A stretch of DNA of 64,000 bases from Candidatus Methanomethylicaceae archaeon (GTDB lineage Archaea; Thermoproteota; Methanomethylicia; Methanomethylicales; Methanomethylicaceae). Made by a program: the position numbers and the translations under genes. The DNA is taken from the NCBI GenBank assembly GCA_015660995.1, contig JACTUC010000008.1, positions 10,645-74,644 on the forward strand. The letters are read 5' to 3'. The notes beneath the pieces are model-generated. The model had not been told where the DNA came from. It made no database searches and saw only the letters and a list, made by a program, of their open reading frames with translations. Shown here piece by piece: positions 27,035-35,459 of this stretch. Numbering within the stretch: position 1 is the stretch's first letter; the number at the start of each line of letters is the position of its first letter.

Positions 27035-27307
27035 ATTTCTGTAGAGGACATATTCTCGTCCAAGGGACGGGTAAAGGTACTGAAGGAGCTTGCCGAGCGT
27101 GGCGAGATGAACATATCTGAGATAACACGGCGCACAAGCTTGAACCACACAACGACCTCTGCGCATCTGAAGAAGCTCTGCGAGCTTGGCATAGTGGAAG
27201 AGAAGAGGTTCGGGCGCATCAGGATATTCAGGTTCATGAAGGAGGACCCGCGAGGATGGGCGATCCAGACCCTCTTCGAGTCCTTCAAAAAGGGGTCGAA
27301 GGCATGA
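27035..27307 (+). CDS. ArsR-like winged-helix transcriptional regulator (start codon uncertain, probably ATT 27035)
   Basis: DIFSSKGRVKVLKELAERGEMNISEITRRTSLNHTTTSAHLKKLCELGIV is an ArsR/HTH_20 pattern. The frame is open from 27014 with no ATG/GTG/TTG before the internal Met at 27107. GGAGG sits at 27021-27025. Confidence 0.5.
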   Translation: MSVEDIFSSKGRVKVLKELAERGEMNISEITRRTSLNHTTTSAHLKKLCELGIVEEKRFGRIRIFRFMKEDPRGWAIQTLFESFKKGSKA

Positions 27308-27756
27308 GCGTGAAGATGATCGACATAAGTTCGAAGGATCCGGTCAGCAGGGAGGCCTCGGCCACAGGTACGATCCAGCTGAAGGAAAGCACCGTCGAAC
27401 GCATAAAGTCAAACGGCGTCGAGAAGGGTGACGTCCTGGCAGTCGCAAGGGTCGCAGCAGTCCAGGCTGTGAAAAGGACCCCAGACACAATCCCCCTCTG
27501 CCACCAGATACCCATCGAGCACGTGAGCGTCGACTTCGAGATATCTGCGTCCCTGCTCAGGGCCACGGTCAAAGTGAAGGCATGCGCCAAGACCGGCGTC
27601 GAGATGGAGGCGCTGGCGGGGGTCTCTGCCGCACTGCTAACGGTCTGGGACATGACTAAGAAATATGAGAAGGACGAGGCAGGCCAGTATCCATCAACAG
27701 CTATAGGAGAGATTCGGGTCCTGGAGAAGCGCAAAGGGGCAAGGGGAAGAACCTAG
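27304..27756 (+). CDS. moaC: Cyclic pyranopterin monophosphate synthase MoaC
   Basis: MSVKMIDIS start (ATGA overlap with the upstream gene). Conserved MoaC core, including DMTKKYEKDE. Confidence 0.85.
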   Translation: MSVKMIDISSKDPVSREASATGTIQLKESTVERIKSNGVEKGDVLAVARVAAVQAVKRTPDTIPLCHQIPIEHVSVDFEISASLLRATVKVKACAKTGVEMEALAGVSAALLTVWDMTKKYEKDEAGQYPSTAIGEIRVLEKRKGARGRT

Positions 27757-28278
27757 ATGGCCAAGGATCACCATTCCGATCTTCCAAAGGATCTAAAGTT
27801 TACAGTGATCGTCACCAGCGATACCATCCTCTCGAAGAAATCCCGGGGAGAGCCTTTCAACGACTCTAGCGGCGATGCGGCTGAATCCCTCGTTAAGGGC
27901 GCTGGATTCTTCTTGGCTGACCGCATCTACCTGCCAAACGATGTCCAATCAATAAGAACGGCGGTGGGTTCAATCATTTCAAGCGGATCAGCTGACGTTG
28001 TAGTCGTGAGCGGCGGCACTGGCGTCGGCAGAAAGGACGTGACCGTGGAGGCAGTTGCCCCCCTTTTGGAGAAGGTCCTGCCCGGCTTCGGCGAGCTGTT
28101 TAGGCGCCTTTCCTATGACACAGTCGGGACATCCTCCATAGCATCCAGATCAATGGCAGGTATCGCGAAAGGAGTTCTTGTCTTTCTGCTTCCCGGTTCC
28201 CCAGATGCAGTCAGGCTGGCTTTGGAGAAGATAATCCTTCCAGAGTCCCCGCACCTTGCCAAGATGTTTCGCGGGTGA
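27757..28278 (+). CDS. moaB: Molybdenum cofactor biosynthesis protein MoaB/MogA
   Basis: SGGTGVG motif and typical length. Confidence 0.85.
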   Translation: MAKDHHSDLPKDLKFTVIVTSDTILSKKSRGEPFNDSSGDAAESLVKGAGFFLADRIYLPNDVQSIRTAVGSIISSGSADVVVVSGGTGVGRKDVTVEAVAPLLEKVLPGFGELFRRLSYDTVGTSSIASRSMAGIAKGVLVFLLPGSPDAVRLALEKIILPESPHLAKMFRG

Positions 28279-28321
28279 AGATTTAAGTCAGCTATGGGTC
28301 TTTTGACTGTAGTGTTAGTTA

Positions 28322-28834
28322 ATGCGAAGTAGAGCCCCCGTGGTTTGCATCGTGGCACCGGGCAGCGGTTACGGGAAGACCGCTCTCATAGACTCATTGC
28401 TGGCGGGCCTAAAACAGCAGGGCATCAAGGCCTGCGTCCTGAAGCATTCAGGCCACGATTTCGAGCCTGACGTTGAAAAGGACACGTGGTTCTTCAGGCA
28501 GGCAGGTGCCATTGGCTCGGCAGTAATAACCGAGGCGGGCCTCGCCTCCTTTTACGTGCCCTGTAGCACCCTCGAGAGCTCCCTCGCCATCCTCGAAGGG
28601 CTCGAGCCAGACATCATCCTCTGCGAGGGCTTCAAGGAGTCGAACCTACCAAAAATACTCTTGCTCAAGGCCGAGGACGAGTTTGGGATAATCCCTTCGC
28701 TCACATCTGTCTTAGCTGTTGTGTATGATAGCGAATACCCTGAATGGGTCAAGGTTCCTGTACTCAAGCAAGCCAAGGAGGTACTGAATTTCCTGCTCGA
28801 TTACCACCGCAGATCTAAGGAGGGGCTGGTCTGA
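28322..28834 (+). CDS. mobB: Molybdopterin-guanine dinucleotide biosynthesis adapter MobB
   Basis: P-loop GSGYGKT plus the LKHSGH motif. Confidence 0.8.
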   Translation: MRSRAPVVCIVAPGSGYGKTALIDSLLAGLKQQGIKACVLKHSGHDFEPDVEKDTWFFRQAGAIGSAVITEAGLASFYVPCSTLESSLAILEGLEPDIILCEGFKESNLPKILLLKAEDEFGIIPSLTSVLAVVYDSEYPEWVKVPVLKQAKEVLNFLLDYHRRSKEGLV

Positions 28835-29742
28835 TCGATCCATACGGCAGGGCAATCAAGGGCATAAGGATCAGCCTCACCCAGAGGTGCAACCTCAACT
28901 GCGTCTATTGCCATCATGAGGGCGAGGCCGCGGTCTCGACGGAGATGACAACGGTCGAGGTACTTCGCACAGTGAAAATTGCTGCTGAGCTGGGTGTTAT
29001 AAGGGTCAAGTATACGGGGGGAGAGCCCCTCCTCAGGAGCGACCTGATCGATATCATCAGGGGAACAACCTCAATGAAGCTGGAGGACGTCGCGCTCACT
29101 ACTAATGGCTCGCTCCTTAAGGCAAGTGCAAAGGGGCTGTCCGAAGCTGGCCTCAGGCGCCTCAATATTTCGCTCCCCAGCATGGCACCGGACGTCTACT
29201 CCACGCTGACCGGGGGGGAACTTGGGGATGCCCTAGACGGCATAAGGGAAGCCAGGAACTTGGGCATGGAGATCAAACTGAACATGGTAATAATGAAGGG
29301 TATTAATGCAGGCGAGGTAGACCGCTTCATGGGGCTTGCGCGGGACTTGGGCGGTAGCCTCCAGCTCATTGAGCTTGAGGACCTCAGCCTTGAACCGGGA
29401 TTTTTCAGCAAGTACCATCTGGACATCTCGGACATCGAGGAAGAGATAGTGCATATGGCCCAGCGGACAGTAAAAAGGGAGGACATGAACCACCGGGCCA
29501 GGTATCTTGTGGACGGTCTGCAGGTGGAGGTTGTTCGGCCCATTAACAACCCGAACTTCTGCAGTAGATGCACCCGCCTGAGGGTCACAAGCGACGGGAA
29601 GCTCAAGCCCTGCCTTATGCGTTCGGACGACCTGATCGACCTGCTGAAGCCGATGAGGTGCGGATCTTCCGATGCTGAGCTGAAAGGGCTCTTCCTAAAG
29701 GCGGTCTCCCTCAGGTCTCCTTACTACCAGCAACGCGGCTGA
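28834..29742 (+). CDS. moaA: GTP 3',8-cyclase MoaA (radical SAM); start codon uncertain (ATC 28834 or CTG 28831)
   Basis: The radical-SAM CNLNCVYC motif lies upstream of the first ATG (28945). The frame is open from 28819 with no ATG/GTG/TTG before the motif. GGAGG sits at 28819-28823. Confidence 0.75.
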   Translation: MDPYGRAIKGIRISLTQRCNLNCVYCHHEGEAAVSTEMTTVEVLRTVKIAAELGVIRVKYTGGEPLLRSDLIDIIRGTTSMKLEDVALTTNGSLLKASAKGLSEAGLRRLNISLPSMAPDVYSTLTGGELGDALDGIREARNLGMEIKLNMVIMKGINAGEVDRFMGLARDLGGSLQLIELEDLSLEPGFFSKYHLDISDIEEEIVHMAQRTVKREDMNHRARYLVDGLQVEVVRPINNPNFCSRCTRLRVTSDGKLKPCLMRSDDLIDLLKPMRCGSSDAELKGLFLKAVSLRSPYYQQRG

Positions 29743-30910
29743 GCGCTCCTCCACCTGTTGCACCTGCCCCCTCGATGATCTCGATGTAGGGCAAGTACTC
29801 CGTCGCCACCTTCTTCATGGAAGCATGCATCCCTCCCCCGATCTCCCTCAAAGCCTCCTTTTTATTGCCCCTGACCTCCTTCGTTGCGCTGAGCATACTT
29901 ATCCTACGAGGGAAGTTGTACCTCGTGAATCTATATTCCCCCCTCCTCGCTAGCGCTGCACCGCCAGTGGCAAGCTCGATGGCATAGCTGAAGAGATCCC
30001 ACATCTGTTTCCTCTTGACTCTGTTCATGAAGATATCAGCCTTCGATAGCCAGTCATACGCGAACTCGCGGTCTGCCGGGTCTGGGTACTGATTTGGGAT
30101 GTTCTCGTTTATCCACTGGAGAAGCATCTCCGGGTCGACAGACGCGCCTTCAGCTGCTATCTTGGCTTCAAGGCACCCCTCAGCCGAGAATATGGACTTC
30201 ATCACGTCGAAGATCCCTCTCTCCTGCACCCTTGAGAAGAGCATCCCGACCTCCTCATCCTTGAGAGCCTTCCTCCCCTCAGCGAGCATCTGCAGGTCGT
30301 TTATCGCGGCCCTCAGATCCCCTCCAGCCCTCTCTGCAACCCTGGCTATCAGGGCATCGTCCACTGCGACGCCGTTGAGCTTTGCTATCCTTCTCAGCTG
30401 GACCTCGATGCTGGGGGACCTGATCCTCCTGAACTGGATGATCTCGCATGCATCTCTGAGCGACCTGAACTTCGGGTCCCACGGGTCGTTCACAGCCATG
30501 ACTATGGGGTACCGTGACTCCTTTACCACCCTGAGTATTGCCGATAGCCCTCCCCTGTCCTCCCTTCCGGAGATGCCATCCAGCTCGTCCAGAAAGATGA
30601 GCTTCCCCTTCCTTCCGAAGAGGGACCCTTGGAGGGACGCCCCGCCGGCCACCCTCTCCACGAGTTCCTCTGTCCTAGAATCGCTTGCGTTCATTTCGAC
30701 TAGGTCGAGGTCAAGCTCCTTCGCGATAAGGCCTACTGCCACGGACTTTCCGGTGCCTGGCGGGCCAGTCAGGAGCACTGCTCTCTTGGTCGTTGCCTTG
30801 CCGTCTTCCCTTGACCTGACCCAGCCAAGCAGCTGCTCCACTGCGGGGTAGTTGCCAGCTATCTCCTTGAGGTTGGAGGGCTTGTAGCGTTCGGTCCAGG
30901 GCAGGCTCAA
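29711..30910 (-). CDS. rfcL: Replication factor C large subunit
   Basis: ERYKP box II, Walker A LLTGPPGTGKS, followed directly by rfcS. Confidence 0.85.
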   Translation of the reverse strand: MSLPWTERYKPSNLKEIAGNYPAVEQLLGWVRSREDGKATTKRAVLLTGPPGTGKSVAVGLIAKELDLDLVEMNASDSRTEELVERVAGGASLQGSLFGRKGKLIFLDELDGISGREDRGGLSAILRVVKESRYPIVMAVNDPWDPKFRSLRDACEIIQFRRIRSPSIEVQLRRIAKLNGVAVDDALIARVAERAGGDLRAAINDLQMLAEGRKALKDEEVGMLFSRVQERGIFDVMKSIFSAEGCLEAKIAAEGASVDPEMLLQWINENIPNQYPDPADREFAYDWLSKADIFMNRVKRKQMWDLFSYAIELATGGAALARRGEYRFTRYNFPRRISMLSATKEVRGNKKEALREIGGGMHASMKKVATEYLPYIEIIEGAGATGGGALSRVAGSKET

Positions 30911-30916
30911 GAGGGA

Positions 30917-31885
30917 TCACCCCTTGCTTCCTATCAGAGAGATTTTGGCCAGAAGGGCGTTCAGCTGCACTTCGTCGCTTCCGCCCTCGAGCAGCCTGTA
31001 CTCGGCCTCGCCAATGACCTCTATGAGCTGGAGCTTCCTTCTCTCCTCAAGCTCGAGCCCGAGGAGTTCCCTGTGGATCTGTTTCACCACATCTAGGCCT
31101 GAGAGCCCATAGGTAACCATGAGCTTCACCGTGTCCTCTCTGGCGGAGTTGAAATCCCCGCTGAGTGCCTTCTTGAGCATCTCCTTCAGCTCTTTGGGTG
31201 AGACCCTGCCCGAGATTCTATAGACCACCTCATCATCCACAGTGCCGCCCACAGCCGACGCCGCCTGAAGGGTGTTTATGACCCTCCTGAGATCCCCCCC
31301 TCCAGCATAGATGAGAGCATCCATTCCCTTCGGAGTAATTCCCACTTTCTCGATCCCGCAGATGTACTTCACCCTCGCCTTTATGTCGTCCGGCTTGAGC
31401 GGGGCGAACCTGAAGAACGCGCACCTTGACTGAATGGGTTCGATTATCTTGCTAAAATAGTTGCAGGCGAGTATGAACCTGCAGGTATTCGTATACATCT
31501 CCATGGTACGCCTCAGCGCCTGCTGCGCATCTGTCGTCATATTGTCCGCCTCGTCCAACACCAAGATCTTGAAGGGGGCATCCGCCATGCTTATGGTTCT
31601 AGCGAAGTCCTTGATGGTCGTCCTGACCACGTCTATCCCCCTCTCGTCGCTGGCATTGAGTTCGAGGTAGTTCTTATGGTACTCCTGCCCGTACAGGTCC
31701 TTCGCGAGGCAGAGGGCAGCGGTGGTCTTCCCATTACCTGGTGGGCCTGCGAAGAGGCAGTTGGGCATCGACCTCTCCTTGGCAAACCGCTTGAGCCTGT
31801 CGACTATTTCATGCTGATCTACGATCTCGTCGAGTGTTTTAGGACGGTACTTCTCTGTCCACATCACTTCATGGATCTCTGGCAA
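30917..31885 (-). CDS. rfcS: Replication factor C small subunit
   Basis: EKYRP, GPPGNGKTT, DEAD-like LDEADNM and SRC motifs. 322 aa, so no intein. Confidence 0.9.
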   Translation of the reverse strand: MPEIHEVMWTEKYRPKTLDEIVDQHEIVDRLKRFAKERSMPNCLFAGPPGNGKTTAALCLAKDLYGQEYHKNYLELNASDERGIDVVRTTIKDFARTISMADAPFKILVLDEADNMTTDAQQALRRTMEMYTNTCRFILACNYFSKIIEPIQSRCAFFRFAPLKPDDIKARVKYICGIEKVGITPKGMDALIYAGGGDLRRVINTLQAASAVGGTVDDEVVYRISGRVSPKELKEMLKKALSGDFNSAREDTVKLMVTYGLSGLDVVKQIHRELLGLELEERRKLQLIEVIGEAEYRLLEGGSDEVQLNALLAKISLIGSKG

Positions 31886-32058
31886 TTACTGGCCCCCCTA
31901 TCTCCTTTCCTCTCCTCTAAACGGTCGAATATTTAACTAAAGCGCAGCATCGCAGTCTCTCCCCGCTCAGCAAGATTTTTACCCCAAACCTGGCAATATC
32001 TCGACCGGCAAGCACACTTTTATCTGACACCGACCTAATACGTTGGCGGGAAAAATCG

Positions 32059-32766
32059 ATGCTCAGGGCCAGAGACATCACGCTCCTTGCATTTTATACC
32101 GGCCTCGTGACCGTATCGACATTGATCTTTACAGTTTATGTACCTGCCACTAGGGGTTACTTCAACGTCGGCGAGGCAGCCGTCTACATTGTAGCATTGC
32201 TCGCTGGCTCCTACGCAGGTGCCTTCGCTGGAGGGCTCGGCTCTATGCTCTCTGACATAATACTCGGCTACTTCTTCTTCGCCCCTGCTACGCTGGTGAT
32301 AAAAGGGGTGGAGGGCGGCGTTCTGGGCTTCCTGGCCGGCAAGAAACCCTCCCTCTCGCGTCATCAATGGATTGTGGCCTCGGTTGCCATTGGCGTGATC
32401 CTCTCCATTTCGGCATACGTCATTGGCTATTCCGTGGGCCCCACGCAGATCTCCGTAGGCTTTCCGGGATCAAGCAACTCAATCACGGTCACGGTGACAC
32501 CCTTGGTGTGGACCATAATAGGCTTGGTGGCCTCCCTGTCCGTTGTGCTCACATCCCTCCTCGCCAAGCCCGAGGTGGGGTGGCTCGTCCTGTCAGCAGC
32601 CCTCTCAGGCTTCCTGATGGTGCTGGGCTACTTCCTCTTCGAGCAGTTCGTCCTTGGCTTCGCAGCCATCGCAGAGGTCCCATTCAATATTGTCCAGGTC
32701 CTAGTGGGCATACTTATAGCGGTCCCAATATACAATTCCCTGAAAGCTTTGCAGAGGCGCAAATGA
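32059..32766 (+). CDS. ECF-transporter S-component-like membrane protein
   Basis: Six TM helices with FNVGEAAVYIVALLAG and GGLGSMLSDIILGY, typical of ECF substrate-capture components. Confidence 0.5.
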   Translation: MLRARDITLLAFYTGLVTVSTLIFTVYVPATRGYFNVGEAAVYIVALLAGSYAGAFAGGLGSMLSDIILGYFFFAPATLVIKGVEGGVLGFLAGKKPSLSRHQWIVASVAIGVILSISAYVIGYSVGPTQISVGFPGSSNSITVTVTPLVWTIIGLVASLSVVLTSLLAKPEVGWLVLSAALSGFLMVLGYFLFEQFVLGFAAIAEVPFNIVQVLVGILIAVPIYNSLKALQRRK

Positions 32767-32797
32767 ATTTAATTGGGTATGATAGAGAGATCAAATT

Positions 32798-33367
32798 ATG
32801 TCTCGCCGGGCTTCGGACGATATCAAGACCTCACAGTTCCTCTACGAGGAGGAACTTGTGGGCGTAGTATTTCAGAAGCCGCTCCTGGCGACCAAAGTGG
32901 GCGCTCTACAGCTCGGCGCTTTCGTTGAAGGCAACGAGGCAAGGATCCCGCTCTGGGCAGCGAAGGCCCTAGAGGCAGAGGGCATAGTCAAGCTGAATCC
33001 CGATCAATCCCAGCAGCTCATAGCCAGCGAACTCTTCAAGCTTTCATGGAAGGAGGAGCGGAACGAGGCGTTGCTCGTGCTGCCACCCAATTTCTACCCG
33101 AAGCTTAGAGAACTCACGAATCAGCTCAACGAGAGCATTAAGCAGAACCCCACCCACACGACCCTGAGCGAGCAGCGGCAGGCTTTCATGAAGGCGAAAG
33201 ACCTTATTAACTGCAGGCTGCAGAAGATTCTCCGCCTTTCGTTTGAGAGGAACCCTTCAAAACCGCTGGTTGAGGCCCTCCAGCCCGAGGAGAAGTCCCT
33301 CTTCAACAACATTAGGTCCGAGATAGACGACTGGCGTGAGAAGATCCTTCTCGAGGAGACGAAGTGA
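32798..33367 (+). CDS. gins23: GINS subunit Gins23 (Psf2/Psf3-like)
   Basis: N-terminal beta (B) domain with IPLWAAKALEAEGIVKL and helical A domain with LPPNFYPKL. Directly upstream of mcm with a 4-nt overlap. Confidence 0.55.
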   Translation: MSRRASDDIKTSQFLYEEELVGVVFQKPLLATKVGALQLGAFVEGNEARIPLWAAKALEAEGIVKLNPDQSQQLIASELFKLSWKEERNEALLVLPPNFYPKLRELTNQLNESIKQNPTHTTLSEQRQAFMKAKDLINCRLQKILRLSFERNPSKPLVEALQPEEKSLFNNIRSEIDDWREKILLEETK

Positions 33368-35445
33368 TAATCATGACAGAAATACTGGCCGAGGTTATGG
33401 ATTATCGAGAGAGGTTTGTTAACCTCCTCAAGTCCTTCCAAGACAAGAAGGGCGCTTTCAAGTATAGGGAAGCGCTGGCAGAGATGGCAACCCAGGGGAA
33501 GGTCTCCCTAGTAATAGACTTCGACGACCTAATCTCATTCGACCCGGACTTGGCATCAGATCTCAAGGACAAGCCCATGGAGATTGTACCCAAGGCCGAC
33601 GCAGCGATCCTCGATGCGATGCGCGTCGAGAACATGCAGTACGCAGCCAAGGTCAAGGGCACTAAGGTTAGGTTCCGCAACCTGGACGAGGTCGTGCCGC
33701 TGCGCTCGCTGAAGTCCCGCCACATGGGCAGGCTCCTGATGGTGGAAGGCATAATCACCCGGTCATCAAGCATAAAGCAGCTCCTGAGGACCGGCGTCTT
33801 CCAGTGCCCCCGGTGCGGCGAGAAGATGGTTGTGGAGCAGGGAGGCACGGCCCTCATAATGCCGCCCAGGTGCGCCAACGAAGACTGCCAAAGAACGGGC
33901 TTCTTCAAGCTGATCCCGGAGGAGTCGACCTTCTCCGACTGGCAGATGATCTCGCTCCAGGAGAAGCCTGAGGAGCTCCCACCTGGCCAGCTCCCGAGGT
34001 CGGTCGAGGCGATTCTCCAGGGCGACCTCGTGGACATCTCACGTCCCGGTGACAGGATATCGCTGGTGGGTACGCTCCAAGCCAAGCAGGAGTTCACGTC
34101 GAAAGGGTTCAGGCTTGCGACCTTCTCCACAGGCATTGAGGCGAACAACCTGGAAGTCTCCGAGAAGGGCGCCACGGAGGTCCTGGTAACGCCCGAGGAT
34201 GAAAAAATCATAAAGAAGCTCGCCAAAGACCCCGCCTTGTACGAGAAGATATTTGGCTCCATCGCTCCCTCCATTTACGGCTACGAGGAGATCAAGGAAG
34301 CAATAGCTTACCAGCTGGTTGGTGGCGTCCCCAAGACCATGCCCGACGGCATCAGGATAAGGGGTGATATCAATATTTTGCTGGTGGGAGATCCTGGGAC
34401 TGCGAAGAGCCAGATGCTTCAATACATCGCCCGAATTGCCCCCCGTGGGGTTTACACCTCGGGCAAGGGCTCGACTGCTGCAGGCCTGACTGCGACGGTG
34501 ATAAGGGATAAGAACACCAACGAGTTCTTCCTTGAAGCTGGTGCCTTAGTATTAGCAGATAAGGGCATAGCATGCATCGACGAGATCGACAAAATGCGAC
34601 CGGAGGACCGTTCCGCCATACACGAGGCCATGGAGCAGCAAACCATAAGCATAGCCAAAGCTGGCATTGTGGTTCAGCTCAACGCCAGGAGCAGCATCCT
34701 CGCTGCAGCCAACCCTGCCTTCGGCAGGTATGTCCCTCAGAGGACCATTGCTGAGAACATCCAGGAGCTGCCGGTCACAATACTCTCAAGGTTCGACCTG
34801 ATCTTCACCCTGCTCGACAGGCCCGAAGAGGGTCGCGACAGGAGCATGACCGAGCACATCCTCAAGCTCCACCAGGGCATAAGGATCGAGAAGGAATCAA
34901 TGATAGAGCGAGAGTTCTTCAAAAAATATCTCTTCTACATAAGGAAGAACGCGAACCCGAGGCTCTCCGAAGGGTCGATTAAGAAGATAGAGGAGTTCTT
35001 CCTCGCGATGAGGGCCCAGGGCGAGGGGGCAGACTCACCAGTTCCAATAACCATGAGGCAGCTGGAGGCGATCATAAGGCTCTCCGAGGCTCGGGCCAAG
35101 CTTGCCCTGTCAAAGGAGGTTACGGAAGAGGATGTTGCCCATGTGACCCGGCTCATCACACACTTCCTGACCCAGGTCGGTACCGACCATGCTACGGGCA
35201 AGCTTGATATAGACACCCTCATGGTGGGCAGGCCAAAGTCCACCAGCGACAAAATGGCTGGATTGTTCGATCTCCTCATGACGATTCAGAAGGACAACGA
35301 AGGAGGGCCAATTAAGAAGGAAGTGTTCCTCGAGCGTGCCGAGCTGGAGCACTACGGCAGGGAGTTCGTTGAGAAGAACCTGCAGCAGTGGCTCAATGAC
35401 GGCGTGATCTACGAGCCCAAGGCTGGCTTCATCAAGAAGACCTGA
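33364..35445 (+). CDS. mcm: MCM replicative helicase
   Basis: C4 zinc finger (CPRCGEK...CANEDC), Walker A GDPGTAKSQ, Walker B CIDEIDKM and the arginine finger. 693 aa, so no intein. Confidence 0.95.
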   Translation: MIIMTEILAEVMDYRERFVNLLKSFQDKKGAFKYREALAEMATQGKVSLVIDFDDLISFDPDLASDLKDKPMEIVPKADAAILDAMRVENMQYAAKVKGTKVRFRNLDEVVPLRSLKSRHMGRLLMVEGIITRSSSIKQLLRTGVFQCPRCGEKMVVEQGGTALIMPPRCANEDCQRTGFFKLIPEESTFSDWQMISLQEKPEELPPGQLPRSVEAILQGDLVDISRPGDRISLVGTLQAKQEFTSKGFRLATFSTGIEANNLEVSEKGATEVLVTPEDEKIIKKLAKDPALYEKIFGSIAPSIYGYEEIKEAIAYQLVGGVPKTMPDGIRIRGDINILLVGDPGTAKSQMLQYIARIAPRGVYTSGKGSTAAGLTATVIRDKNTNEFFLEAGALVLADKGIACIDEIDKMRPEDRSAIHEAMEQQTISIAKAGIVVQLNARSSILAAANPAFGRYVPQRTIAENIQELPVTILSRFDLIFTLLDRPEEGRDRSMTEHILKLHQGIRIEKESMIEREFFKKYLFYIRKNANPRLSEGSIKKIEEFFLAMRAQGEGADSPVPITMRQLEAIIRLSEARAKLALSKEVTEEDVAHVTRLITHFLTQVGTDHATGKLDIDTLMVGRPKSTSDKMAGLFDLLMTIQKDNEGGPIKKEVFLERAELEHYGREFVEKNLQQWLNDGVIYEPKAGFIKKT

Positions 35446-35459
35446 TCGGAGGGCCCAGT

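Noticed and set aside
30917-35445. Inteins in rfcS or mcm
   Set aside because: Protein lengths (322 and 693 aa) and contiguous motifs show that no intein insertion is present.
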